Origin: Microthyrium microscopicum
Taxonomy: Eukaryota
Assembly: GCA_010405405.1 (NCBI GenBank)
Contig: MU004230.1
Span: forward strand, 344,627-408,626
DNA length: 64,000 bases
Reading direction: 5' to 3'
In this document: piece after piece, positions 25,934 through 39,173 of the stretch
Position numbering within the stretch: the stretch's first letter is position 1
Layout of the letters: each line of letters starts with the position of its first letter
The notes under the pieces: model-generated
The model's input: only the letters and a program-made list of their open reading frames with translations
What the model was told of the DNA's origin: nothing
The model's database searches: none
Program-made: the position numbers and the translations under genes

Positions 25934-26725
25934 TAAGGCAATTGATATCAAGGAGTATCAAGAGTCAGTGATGTGTGAGGAAGCGGAAATCTCCTAAAGA
26001 TGAAGGATACAAGACTTGGGCGCGAATGTTTTATTATGGAGCTTGCAGTCTTGTAGATGCATCAAAGACGTCGAGCCGACATGATCCAGATGGAAGATGA
26101 TGATCTTGATAAGATTAGAAAGTTTCCACGTGCAGGGGTCGTTCCTTTCATACTAAAGTACCGATTCTAATGAAGAATCCTACTTGAGATTTTTCATAGA
26201 GTAGAGCTTCTGCAATCATTAGAACATTTATGTCCTGTAAGCTAGGTTTTACTTATTTGTTTCTCATTCAGTATCAATCAATAAATCTCTTCTTCAAAAT
26301 CCAAAGTGTTGATTTGTAGAACGGCGCCTTTCTTGAAATACGTAATGGGGGTGGCTGAAGCAGAAGGCGCGGTCCAGGGCTGGCAGCCACGCCGTCTGTC
26401 GCAACTTCCCCAGATGCAATTGACGGTTGAGAAATCCAAAGACACTTGGCAGGTGCTACCTCAATCTCAATTACTACTTACGGTAGCAACTACTCACTTT
26501 GATCTCGCCTGCCTTAACGGGCTCTTTCTGCTCTTCAACATTGATCACTCCCTTTTATCCTGTCTCTATACTCATCTTAAGTGAACAGGGAGAGAGCCGG
26601 ACCAACCGCTTTCCGTCCTCAGCCCAGTCTCGTTGTCCTTTCATCCTCATACCCGACATAATACCTGCCACCTCATTCTACTACCACTTGACGCTTCATA
26701 CATTCCTCCTCCTGACTCCATTATC

Positions 26726-29093
26726 ATGGCTGATCCAGACACCCTTGCCTTCGCCGACGAAGCTCCTCGTAACGGCGACCATCTGCACGAGCTACCTACC
26801 AATCCTGAACACCATCCCGATGTGCCTTCATCTCCAATTGCAATGATTGAGTCTCAGCCACAGCCTGATCATTCTGTTGGTCTTGGTCAAGATGCCAACA
26901 AGGCCATGGACGCGGTCCTATATTCCGATGTTGGCGTCAATGCGCTTCTTACGCGCCTCAAACAGAGCATAGCTACTGCCCACAGCTTGGCTGGCTTTCT
27001 CAAGAAACGATCCACAATGGAAGACGAACATTCAAAAGCTTTGCGCCGACTCTGCCAGACCACATTCGAGGGTATGCGATCGCGAGAAAGCCGTCAAGGC
27101 AGCTATGGTTCTCAATTTGAAGAAGTCATCCGAGTCCACGAAAAGATGGCTGACAATGAGATGACCTACGGACTCAATCTACATCAAATGAGTGTCGATC
27201 TCGATACTTTGGCTCACGATATGGAGCGCGGTCGAAAACAATGGAAAACGACAGGACTAAGCGCCGAATCACGGGTTCAAGAAGCTGAACGAGCCTTGGA
27301 CAAAGCAAAGCAAAAATACAATGCTCTTGCTGTGGACTATGATCATGCGAAATCAGGCGATAAGGTCTCAGGACGACATATAGGTTTCCGGCCAAAGTCG
27401 GGTGCTGCATTGGAAGAAGACCTTTACCGTAAACTTGGCACGGCTGATGAAGATTATCAAGGCAAGGTCTCCAATGCGCAGGCTTTGAGACAAGATCTCA
27501 TCACTTCATCAAGACCTCAAGCTGTACAAGCGCTTCTGCAATTGATTAGAGAGTGTGATTCAGGGGTCACGCTGCAGCTTCAGAAATTTAGTATGTCTCG
27601 TGTTTCTTTTTTGAAAGCTTAAACTAACAATCTTAGCTTCCTTCAACGAAAAACTTCTTCTCGGAAATGGTCTTCTTATCAGCCCACTGAGTGATGGAGA
27701 TAGTCAACGAAAGGGTATGCGGGATGTCGTTGGTCAAATTGACAACGAGCGTGATTTGCATTCGTATGTTACAAGTCATGCTGTACCTGCACCCAGAGAA
27801 AACAAATATGAGAAACATCCAGTAAGTTACCATACCCGTCGCGTGTCACTACTGGCCTCTAATCGCTATATAGACCCTTCTTCAGCAGGCCCCTAAACCA
27901 ATGCAGTTCCAACCGCAGCAACAACCACAACCCATGAGCCCAGCTCAAACAACTCCGCAACGTGAATCGCAACCACCTCCGGTATTCCCAATGGGAGCGC
28001 AAGGTCCGACTATTCCACAACAGACTTTTGGATCGTTCGATCCAATGAATGAAAAGACTGGGCAGAATTCTGCTCCTTACCCTGTCAACGACTATCCTCC
28101 TCAGGGCCCATCTGGTCGTGGATACCCGCATCCGTCATCAAATTCTTCATATGGACCTGGGCCAGGAGGACCTCCTCCAAATCAATATGGCCCAGGCGCA
28201 GGGCGGCCTCCATCAAACCAGTATGATTCTACGGGTGGGTTCCCGCCAAGAGGAGGACTTCCCTCTGGTCCTGGCCCAATAAGGACAGGTCCCGGAGGAC
28301 CAGGCGGACCAGGTCTCATGGGAGCCGGCCATGTTGGACCAATGTCACCACAACATCAAAGTCCTGGCAATCAACGCTTCGGTGGACCACCAGCGCGACC
28401 CGTCTTCGGCGTGGACCTTAACGACCTGTTCATTCGAGACCAGTCACCTGTCCCGATGGTTATTTACCAATGTATCCAAGCAGTAGACCATTTTGGTCTT
28501 GACGTTGAAGGCATCTACAGAGTTTCGGGGAACACAAATCAAGTCAATCAACTAAAGGCCCAATTCGACAATGGCCCAGTCGATTTCAGGATTCCAGAGG
28601 CTTTTTTCCATGATGTCAACAATCCGGCCAACTTGTTGAAACAATTTTTGCGAGAACTACCTGATCCATTATTTACACGTGCAGCGTATGACCAGTTGTT
28701 GGATGCTGCCAATGTTCCAGATGATGTTCAGCGCAGAGATCGACTACATGCCATCATCAACGGCCTTCCTGATCCCAACTATGCCACTCTCAGAGCAGTC
28801 ACACTGGTAAGTTCTTGCTGACGAATACTTTGGCTGTACAGCTCTGACCCTTTCAGCATCTCAATCGCGTGATTCAGCACTCCGAGCGAAATCGTATGAA
28901 TGCTAATAGTTTATCTGTAATATTCGCGTAAGTCCATCATAAACCTTGTTCTCATTTTACAATAGACTAACCATCATTTAGCCCAACAATAATGGGACCA
29001 TCTCCGAGTGGCCAGATCCAGGACGCCTCCTTACAACATCGGGCAATTGAGACAGTTCTCGTAAATTCCCTACAAATTTTTGACGAAGACTAA
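26726..29093 (+). CDS. RGD1: F-BAR (FCH) plus RhoGAP protein, spliced
   Basis: N-terminal F-BAR (LLTRLKQSI..FLKKRS..E), Pro/Gly-rich linker, and RhoGAP domain VFGVDL..GLDVEGIYRVSG..LLKQFLRELPDPL. Last exon ends IFDED at stop 29091-29093. Confidence 0.93.
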
Positions 29094-29294
29094 TGACAAC
29101 ACTATTGAGTTTGACTGTTTGTTGTTTATAGCATTAAGCGCTGTAAATTAGTTTCGGGACCACATCCTGCCGGATATGATGTTTGATTCAGGTCAGATGT
29201 GTTGATGTTGATGTTGATGACTCCAGAAGTAGTGCTGTATGCCAGGTTCCTTCAATGTTATACCCATTCTCATTCATTCCGCATCTTCAAGTTT

Positions 29295-30071
29295 TCAAGT
29301 CGCCGCACTCTTGCCTCTCTTCGGTTGCAATGCATAACTTCTGACCGGATACAGCTCCTTTGGTAGTCCACGCTGAACCTCCGTCGCAACAATATCCAAC
29401 CCCGCGTGCTCAAAAATATCGCGAAACTTGCCATCAGCCCTCGTAACACTACGATCCGTCTCATCAAAGATATCACTCCCATCCGCTTCCGTGCTCAGAT
29501 TCTCCTTGACTACTATCCACCCACCTGCCACCAAATTCTTCTGCACCCGTTGAAGGTACTCCACCAGTTGCAAGTCTGTTACTTGCCCGACACACCACTG
29601 CGTCCACACAACATCATACATCCGCCCACTCTCCGGCGTCCACTCCTGCGCACCAACATTATACACCTCGCCCAACGTCCCCGTCTCCCTTAGCGTCCGT
29701 CCAGCCTCGCCATGTGTCAATTCGTGCGTGAGTTTCTGCACGGGCTCCACGACATCCACTGTCTTCGCCACATTCGCCAGAAATCCCTTCGTCACGCGCC
29801 CAATGCCTGCGCCAACATCTACGACTCTCGACAGTTTCGCGCCCGCCGCATGGCTAAGTGATTTCCGCCGTAGTTTTGCGAGAAAAGCAGCAGATCCACG
29901 TAAATCGGCGCGCGAGACGGCAGGGTAGCCGCCTAGGACGCCGGCATCGTCGGGGGTTATGGCGGCCCAGTAGGCGAGCGCAGCGTCGGTGCCGGTTTCT
30001 ATGAGATTGTTTGTATCGTCGTGCGAGGCTGAGGGGGGAGGTGGGTCGGTGGACATTGAGGATGCAGACAT
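29295..30071 (-). CDS. TAE1: Alpha N-terminal protein methyltransferase (NTM1/Tae1)
   Basis: Motifs YW..GVLGG, DVGAGIGRVT, WTQWCVGQ, VKEN, D..DRSVTR and LYPVRSYAL. Confidence 0.95.
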   Translation of the reverse strand: MSASSMSTDPPPPSASHDDTNNLIETGTDAALAYWAAITPDDAGVLGGYPAVSRADLRGSAAFLAKLRRKSLSHAAGAKLSRVVDVGAGIGRVTKGFLANVAKTVDVVEPVQKLTHELTHGEAGRTLRETGTLGEVYNVGAQEWTPESGRMYDVVWTQWCVGQVTDLQLVEYLQRVQKNLVAGGWIVVKENLSTEADGSDIFDETDRSVTRADGKFRDIFEHAGLDIVATEVQRGLPKELYPVRSYALQPKRGKSAAT

Positions 30072-30699
30072 TTGCGTCTAGGGTGTGAAATTGGGCTAGA
30101 TGAGTCGGCTCGTGAGTTCTTGGTTCGTAGGTTTGCGCGAATGGAGAATGTGGAAATTTTAGGAATTGTGTTTTTGGTTGTTTGATGTCGAATTGAACAT
30201 TGAAGTCAATGGGTGGTCGGGCCGATTTGGAAGCTTCGCATTTCGACCTCGTGGCTTTTCGGGCCGAAGTGCAGGATAGGGGCTACTGTAACCACACGCC
30301 AACCAATGTCAGCATTGAATGATTGTACACCTCTTTGTATCTACTTGATTTTCATGAATCATAGAAATGTCGCTATCATGGCATGTTCATTCGATGTTGA
30401 TTTCATCACAGTCAAGAAAAGGACCTTACTGGTGCTGACGATCTTTCCACGATCCTGCGCCCTGGGAAACCCAAGGGTAACGTTTCAAAAACTTATAACA
30501 CTAGCAAATGGACTGTCATAATCGCCATAGTCTTGATTTACTTGCACGAGCAACGATGGCTTCTAAGGTTATGAGAGTATATGTATCTTCGAATTAGCCA
30601 GTTTTGCAATCCACAGGAGTCAATTCAGTCACAAGATCATCACTCATCAAGCTTTTTGCTAATGGTAATGGGATATATTCATTCTGCATCTAAGGCTCT

Positions 30700-31374
30700 C
30701 TACTCTACAGCTCCACCGCCAGCCTTTGCCCGTCCAGCCAACCAAGTAGCCGCCTCGTTGATCTGAGAGTTGCTATATGTCAAGTGACCGACATTGACAA
30801 GTAGCTGACCACCACAGACACCATCCGAAGGATTGCACCACACCTTGGATCGCTCGTTGGGGAAGTTGGGGATATGGCCCTTGTCTTGCGAGTTGCGGGT
30901 ATCTCCGAATAGCGCAACACCGGCGACCTTGCCCTTGAGCTCAGCACTTAGACTCTTGGAAACGACGTTGTGCATGACAGCGGCGCCCTGCGAGTAGCCA
31001 CCAGCGAGAATGGTTTTGCAGCCAGCAGCTTGTTCGAAAGTTTGCTTTCCGATGGCGATGGAGGCTGCGTCGGTTCTTTGGATGGAGATGTTGGTTGTGA
31101 TTGATGCGGCATACTTGACTGGGTATGTCTTGAGGCCTGGGAGTTTGCGGGCGAGAGCTGATTGGAGTGCTGGCCCGATGAGGATACCCTACATTGGATG
31201 TTAGCAACTACTCTTTTGCGCCACTGCTTTCTTTTTCTTCAAGCGTACCATTGGAGAGGGCTCTGTGGATCCACGAGCAAAGACGAAGCCGTATGTGCAA
31301 CCTTGACGCGACTCGAGCATAGCTGGAGCGGCGGCTACCACCGATGCGAGAGAAGCTACTGCAGCGAACTTCAT
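30700..31374 (-). CDS. Secreted cutinase (CE5), one intron
   Basis: Signal peptide MKFAAVASLA; FVFARGSTEP; catalytic GYSQG; ALFGDTRN; C...DGVC...H. Confidence 0.95.
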
Positions 31375-34300
31375 GATGTATGATGTATCTGCTAGCGAAT
31401 GATTGTGAGAAGAGCAAGGTCGGTTTGGAAGGAGTGACTGGATGAAGCTGTAGAGGTTGGCCTGACACGAAGCTAATGTTCTGGGGCCTGAAGTATGTTA
31501 TATATCGACTGACCTTCTGAACGCCTGGGGCTCTGTAACTAATTGTGCACTCCAGCTTTATTCCCTCTAGATTAACGTCTCAGCACCATATAGAATCCCA
31601 AGTATATAAATTGATGTTTTGCAAGCTAGTGCTTCTCAGTTGATGCTAGAATTCTACATTTTCTTCCCTGTCAATTGGTTGAATCCCAAAGTCGGACTAG
31701 AGACTTCCGATATGCTAGCTTGAGTCTTGAATATGCCACTTCAGATGATGGATCGCTTGGCAGTCAATGCTAGCTTTTGAGTAGATTAAAAGACCTCGCT
31801 CGTTATGCAAAGACGTGGCCAGCAATTGCCCAATGCCCTAGAATAGAACACAAGCATTTCGGAGTCTTTAACGTTTGGGATTCAAGTCATTCTCCACCAT
31901 CCTTTCTAGGCTTTGTGTGGGGTAGTAGGGTTCAGTATGGATTGTTGCAAGTATATTCTACTTGACCTAATAAGGACGTGGAGGAAGAAAGACTTTTCAT
32001 GGGCATCTCTCTACTTCTGCCCTCTTGGGAAAGGTTCGAGAAGGCGTTCTGATTTTGGACGCGTACACCGCAGTATAATTGCTGATTTTATGTGCGAATT
32101 GTAGCTTCTCCAGCTCTGTGCAAGACAAAGGATAAAGTGTATAACTCACTTATTGCTCTTTGATAATGTTCTCGAACTACGCTTGCAATAATTGTGAATC
32201 ATATCAGACATGCTCATCTATGCAAGCGACCAACTTCATCCAAGGGAATAGCACTTTGCAGCGACTTGTATTACTTTCTTCTGTGTTGATTCCTCCCCAT
32301 AAGACGAGCATTCTCAAGAAGCAGTCCCAACTAGCAACAAGATACAAGAAAACCGCAGTACGTAGATAAACTCAAACTTCTGGTACTTTTCCATCCAGGT
32401 CACATCCTAGAAAGTCTCGCACTTGTAGCCCATTCAAGAAGAGTAGATCAATATCTGTATTGTATGAAATACAAGATAGAAGTGATCAAGGTCGCGTGTA
32501 AACTCAACTGTATAACGTTTGAAGATTAGGGCTCCATACTCAGTTTCGGATCGCAGGCATAGATCTTACTGCCAGGGAAGAAAGCTCCACGTTGGATTCG
32601 TCTTGTGACTAATGTCAAAGGAATAGGAATTATAGGAGTAGATATCTCTATACCCAGAATTAGCGATAAGGTTTATAGATAGAGCCTAGTCAATATTGAA
32701 CAGTTCTGCTATAGAGGCGCACACTGATAGGCCTACGTTTAGGCTGATAAATGAAAACCCTAGGGACGTTGCTTAAAGAAGTTATAATAAGATGAATAAG
32801 GCTGGACACGAGGATGGGAAGAGGACATGGATCCTAAGCTGGCTGCCGTGGAAGCTTGGGGGACCGTTTCTAGAAAGACGTGAAATCGAACCGTGCTATG
32901 AGGAATGCATCTGTATAGTATGGGGTACCTTGTCACTATCGGATACTCAGGTATCCACGGCCCGGTTCTCCAGGATGAATTGGAGTATACACTCAATTGT
33001 ATCTTCCTGTGGGTTATGGTTCTGCGCCGACGGCTTTGGATTGCCAACAACAACAATAGTTTATTTAGTGAGATTACCAGGCACTGGTGGATCATTCAGA
33101 TAGAGGAAAGACCGCTCGAGATACGAACCTCTTTGATTCTAAGCTTAGAACCCTTTTTGCCGCGTTATGTAACATGTACCATCATTAAAGCTTGCGGCAG
33201 GTGTTAAGCTGTTGTGAACATGGGTTCAAGCGTTGCTGTCAATATCTGTGTCACTCGAATAGATCAGGAAGCATGGATAGAAGAAGCATAAAAACCTATT
33301 TTCCGCGGGATGCGTCCTAAGGAGTCTAGTAAATCCCAGATTCATGCTTCGGATCCGGCTATTCCTAAATTCGTGAACTCATGCCATTGAGCCACCGACT
33401 AGGATGATCGTGTGAGGACCGATCGTTCTAGAAGGCCATACATAACGTTCATATCGTATAACGCTCTGCTTTTCACTAGACGATATAATTGGAACTTAAC
33501 CTGAGGCTCTTCTTGAGGCGGGCGGATTGCAAGTGTCGTTAGATACCTAATATAAGCGGAAATCTACATGGTTCAGGCCAGATAGGTATCCTTTCATATA
33601 GAACACAGGCCTATCAGAACTAGCACAAGAGTTACTTAATGTACCATCTGATTGTCACCAGCTAAACTTTCCCTTGGATTTGGTGTACATGCGGATGTTC
33701 CGGTACCACTACGATAGCTAAGGCACAGCGTCTAGACCCAGAGGACCGGTACTCATCGTGCCAAAGCACTTGAACCTATCACAAAGTCCCCCATATTGCA
33801 GCCATACTCAAGCTTTTCCACGGTCCAACTTGCCACGCGCACACGACTCTACCCCGGAAACCCAACAAACAATTCCTTACCCGTTTTGAACATGAGGCTC
33901 AACTTCGCCCAGCCCTCACCGTCTGGTAGAGGCAGATACCGGCTGGTCCGCCTGGGAACATGGAGCAGCACATTTGAGCAGACATGCGCGATCACCAGTA
34001 GTTCAAAGCAAAGGGGGGGTATAAGGCTTGGTAGTGGAAACTGATATGATCAGCCCATATTGATCTGACCCTAATGAGCTTTGGCTGCTGCTTCAGTAGA
34101 AGTGGGAACATCGTGCGTCTTCGACACCAAGGCCTCGACCTTTGTGGCCCATTAAGCTCGTATCTTAGTGGTAGATCTGCCGTTCGATCGGCATGCCACG
34201 CGGTTTGTAAGGGCAGCAACAATGTCCATCTCCTTGATAGGATCTTCTGGGCCTTCTCTTCATCATATGTATAATGGTAATCAGAGTTACCTCAGCAGAC

Positions 34301-34478
34301 AAGCCAGCCAAAGGGAATCGAGGCGACTCTTTAGATTGCTATCGAAGTCATGGCACGGAATGATATCAACACAGAATATTCTTCTTTACAATAGCGCCTT
34401 GGGGCTATGCTCCATTTATGCGTAGCTACTTACTCAAGTACCTAAGTAGATGTATATTCTAAGAAAGAGCCAAATAAC

Positions 34479-35642
34479 CTAAGTAGTTTCCAATTCTCTC
34501 ATAATCTTCCAAGTATACGTCTTTACGTCGAAAGTCAGTTTCATAATGTCTTCTTCAACAGGCCATTCCTCGCCCATCTTGAAGACATCGTCGAGTTTCT
34601 CTTTGTCGAACCAGTTTAAAACTCTGTCCATAGACAGGACTTCCATAACTCTCTCACCAGTAGGCTTTTCATCTCTTTCCATGCACACGGCAATGTCTGG
34701 TATAATTTCGTCGTCGTCATCTGCGCGAAGGAAGCCTCCATATATATCCTGTTCGAATGCGACGCCCCATTCAAGAGTATCTCTAGATTCATGATAATGT
34801 ACGCCATGGCCAGTAAGATATGGATGGCCGTGTGGCTCTGGATGGAATGGTGTATTCCGTGTCCCTCTTGCAAATTCAAAGAAATGAACGAGTTCATGGC
34901 TAAGAGTCACAGCAAAGATGAAGTTCACGCGAATATGTCTATACCGATTCTCTGGTGTCCGGTTCGCCTCTGTTGCGTCATAAGCAGTGGCATATTGCCC
35001 AAACTTGGTATTGAACTCTATAGATATGTCTTCCGCTTCTGGGTTGACGTCTTTTGTTTTTAAAGGGCCAGTCATAGCTAAAGCACTCTCGCTTACCATC
35101 TTAGTACAGACCCAGCAAGGTTTAGTTGCAGTACAGCAGAGATAGCGCAAACGCTTTGTACACGCTTTACTGGTTACATGTGCGCTGAACTCTCCTCGAA
35201 TAGCAGGGGTGTTTGTAATGTTTTCGAGGAACCACTTGTTGTCAGAAGCTCTGTGCTGCCAGGCCCCAAATAGAACTCTGGCATATTTGCCCTTGACACG
35301 AGTTGTATAGAGTAGATAGTTGACCAATCGTAATCCAATGTCAAACGCCTCCTGGAATTTTTGGGGTTCTTCCATGTCCCAAAAAGGCCCATTGTCATTA
35401 TTGAGATTGGGTATCAGCAACGGATGACGGACTGGAGGGAGATCGATATCGCTAAGGCTGGATAAACTTTCGGTACGTGGTCGCGTGATGCCACTTTCGG
35501 CTAAAGCTTCTGGTGATAAAACATCATTTAGAACAAAATTGGGACCGGGTATACTTTTCGCTGAACTGAGTGAGGATGATGATGCAGTACTACCATGACG
35601 GGCAGACATGATTAGAACTAAAAATGGTGGTCTCCAGGACAC
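34479..35642 (-). CDS. Hypothetical protein with HExxH zincin-like motif
   Basis: 387-aa ORF containing AVTLSHELVHFFE and downstream EWGVAFEQDIYGG. The true start is uncertain: ATG of MSARHG or an upstream exon at 35712-36035. Confidence 0.7.
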   Translation of the reverse strand: MSWRPPFLVLIMSARHGSTASSSSLSSAKSIPGPNFVLNDVLSPEALAESGITRPRTESLSSLSDIDLPPVRHPLLIPNLNNDNGPFWDMEEPQKFQEAFDIGLRLVNYLLYTTRVKGKYARVLFGAWQHRASDNKWFLENITNTPAIRGEFSAHVTSKACTKRLRYLCCTATKPCWVCTKMVSESALAMTGPLKTKDVNPEAEDISIEFNTKFGQYATAYDATEANRTPENRYRHIRVNFIFAVTLSHELVHFFEFARGTRNTPFHPEPHGHPYLTGHGVHYHESRDTLEWGVAFEQDIYGGFLRADDDDEIIPDIAVCMERDEKPTGERVMEVLSMDRVLNWFDKEKLDDVFKMGEEWPVEEDIMKLTFDVKTYTWKIMRELETT

Positions 35643-36435
35643 AGCTTAGTAAATATATATCCTAGATTAATGAAAGTGAGAAATTGTCTTCATGGAACTA
35701 GCAGTTGACTTTTATTCTATACCTACAGCGCGACATTTGGTCATGGCTGTCGGTCCACAAAGATTTGAAGCGATTCCTGAAGACGCAGTAAAGGAAAGAG
35801 TACAAAGACCTTTTAATATGAGCAGATATACTAGCGAGAATGAACAAAGGTGTTGACTGTTGTAAAGGCTGGATAATGAATCGGGTTTTTCGAGCATTAA
35901 TGAATCGTGCCTTTGTACGCTTAACTTCAACAAAGCCAACACCTCGACCTTTGCCGAACCAATACTGAAACAACAGGAAATGAAGTTGGCAAGGGTCTCC
36001 CGCAACATTGCTCCATCTACATGTGGAATGTCCATCTTAGATATGATCTCCTGGGCACGATAGCCGGCGGTGTCAAAAGTAAAGACAAAGCTTTGTCAAG
36101 TAAATCCGAAAGTCAACCAAATTCTGAAAATGATGAGATTGTGGTATGTATAGCTTGTGAGATAAGCAACATTCGATTACTCACGGGTATCGATTCTACG
36201 CAAAATCGCACAATTCATGCGAGCACATATCCTAAGTACCATACCAACAAAACGCCCCAAAACACGCCATGCGCGAAATACCAAACTCTCAAGACCATCA
36301 ACGTGACTTTAGACGCAGCTCAAAGTGATGCGAAGTCTCCTTAGGCGATGGGATTAGAACAAAGAAATCTTTGCACTTTCTCTTGTATATGCTCCCATCA
36401 CTTTTTCCCTGCTCTTGTACTCTCACAGCGCTCAA

Positions 36436-37961
36436 TCACTGCGCTTTCTTGGCCTCGCTACCCTCCACATAGGGATGCTTGATCTTCAAGCACCAAATAT
36501 CCAAGTAATCGCAAATGGTGTAAATAACGTCAATAACGAAACTTCCATACACTCCGATTGCCAGGCCGAGACACGAATGCACAAACGAGATTTGATAGAC
36601 GTCCGGTCCTAGAGCACTTGGCCAACCGATACCAATCCAGTTCTGCAGCAAGGGTCCGAAGCTGTCGATGACGGCAAACACGAGAGGTAGTGAGAGGACG
36701 TTGTAGTATGGAAAACGGCTCTTGGTCAAATGTGCGACAATCATCTGACCCACGGAGTATGCGTTGACAATGCCGATGAAGAAGATGAATGGGACCAGAT
36801 GGTGGTGGAGAATGAGTGGGTTCAAGGCGAGGTAGAGAACGGTGAGGACCCATTGACCGAAGAAGGGGACGAGGCCGAGAAGAGCTTTTCGGGCGCGTTG
36901 GCCCCGGGCACGACGAGCTTCTTGGACATTGAGAGCGCTGTAGGATGTTTGATTAGCAAGGTCAAGATTTGTTCGAGGAAAAATTACCTTGTGACAGTGT
37001 TGAAGACGAGCATTATCCCGCCATAGAACATGAACCAGTTGGTGAATGTATAATTATACAGAGCTTGCGGTAGGAATGCAGGTTTGGAGATGCCGATAGT
37101 TTCGAGCATTTCTCGCTGCCAAAAGCTTCCACCACCGAGATATGCGGTCAAGGCGTAGACAAAGACCAGCGTGAGAATGCCTTCAACTGGGCCAGAGACA
37201 ATTCCAAGGGTCAAAGTATGGGTGTGATATTCATCCCAGGTCTGGACATAGAATGTCAACAACGCTATGTGATGTTAGATCAGGAAATGTTACAACTAGT
37301 CGAAAAACATACAGGCGAATAGAACCGCAACTGACTGCCATGATTGACCAAGGCAAAGGGCTGCACAGAAGATGAGCACCTCCAAAGTTGTATTCACAGC
37401 ATCGACGCCTGTCAAATAATTAGTTCTGGGCTGATCATTCCGCGCATTGTAGCATACCATGATCAAACAGCTCTCCAAGGGGGCCACTTTGGTGAGTTCT
37501 CCGTCTGTCTCGATATTAGTTCTTGAATATCTGAAGTCCTGTGCTTTGCCTTACGCTTGTGATCCATCGACAGCATCAAAGGTCTGATAGAGGAACAATC
37601 CTATTGACCAACTAGCATAAACCCAAGGCGGACAATCCTGATCCAGCGTCGGATTGTACCAAAGCAGCGTGAAGAGATTGAGCACAACGAAACCAAAACC
37701 CGTCAATGTAATCTATTATCCGTGGTCAGTTGAGACGCATAGAGTTAGAGGGAATAACGGTACCGCGTTCGGGCTATAACACCATTAGCTTGAGTACCGG
37801 CAATGGATAGAGGAAACATACGCCATCCACATGGGGAAGCAGTTGATGACAAAGTTTGTGTAGAATGGCTTCATGATGTAGCGCGAGACCAGACTATGGT
37901 CGACGCCAGAGTACTTGTACTCCTTGAGCGCCGGGAGCTTTTCCTGGCGAATGTACACCAT
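36436..37961 (-). CDS. EPT1: Choline/ethanolamine phosphotransferase (CDP-alcohol phosphotransferase), multi-exon
   Basis: MVYIRQ..YKYSGVDHSLVSRY, MAPNAITLTG, CDP-alcohol motif [40 protein letters not shown] and ICDYLDIWCL.IK. Confidence 0.93.
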
Positions 37962-39173
37962 GGTGACGGTCGTACGATATCGTTGATCTAAGTGTCTGGT
38001 GTAGTCCTTATGGTGCTTCTAGACAAAGCAGACGACAGTTGGGAGGTTGGAAGTTGAACGGCCGGAAGAAGCAGGCCTAAAGCGTAGTCGCGTTGCTGTC
38101 GCACGTTTCTGATCGTAGAGCTTAAATGGCAGGTACGATCATGCGATGATGGAGGACGCGGAAGGTGCGACGAGGTAGAAGGAAGTCGCAGACGCGCCGA
38201 TTTGGCAACTTTGGCAGGAACGATGAACCCGATGTTATTGTTGACGTCCAATGGAAGCTCAAGACGAAGCTGGAACTGGAGCAGTTCACCTACTTCTTGT
38301 TTTGATAGAAGCTACCACGGAACAACTTCAAGGAAAAGTTGGCACCGCTCTGTATGAGAAGATGAGGTAGGACTTGGCACAGCAATGCAGGTGGGAGATT
38401 GGTCGCGTGTTTCCACTTTCCTCGGCTTTACCCGCCCACTGTTGGCTAACAGGTACAAGATATCGTCACTGATGCTTTGACAGCTTGAAAGATACTCGTA
38501 TTTGTGATCAAGACATTGTTTTAACGTGTAGTAAAATAGAGCCTCAAAGTAGGACAAGTAGCCTCTTGCCCCAACAACTTCATACCATTGCTATATTGAC
38601 CCTTGCATTCTGGACTTTTATATTGATTGTACAAAACAACCTAATGCATAAGAGCGTAATGTGGCGCATTCACATGTTGCTACAAATATGCCATATTATT
38701 CGTTGCAGGTGTGCTTGATTTCTTTCCATCCACTACAATTGCCAATCTATGCCCACGTGCCTTTCCTTTGTATGGTACTCGACAACAATACTTTGGCCCT
38801 GAGACACGACTTACTTCAAACTCAATTTGCATTATGCTGACAAAGCTGGGCAGTGTTGACTTGCTACTGATTGAATGATACCTGTCGACATATGGATGGC
38901 TATTTTACATATACAAGTCAACCAGACCCATCCTGATCGCAGCCCATTACTCCTACCTACTATCCAGTAGTTATTGATCTCATCTCCATAGCTTCGTCCG
39001 GGCCCGTGCTTTAGCTATCTCATCCTCCGACAGCTATGCTCCAAATGCCTTCAAACTATTGATCCGACTAAAGTAGTCAGATGACACTATCACAGTGACT
39101 CAATGGCACAAAGCCACTGTTGTCCTGTCTGAGTGTTGGTTACCCCAGTATTTCTCCATGAGCGAAAGCCTCC

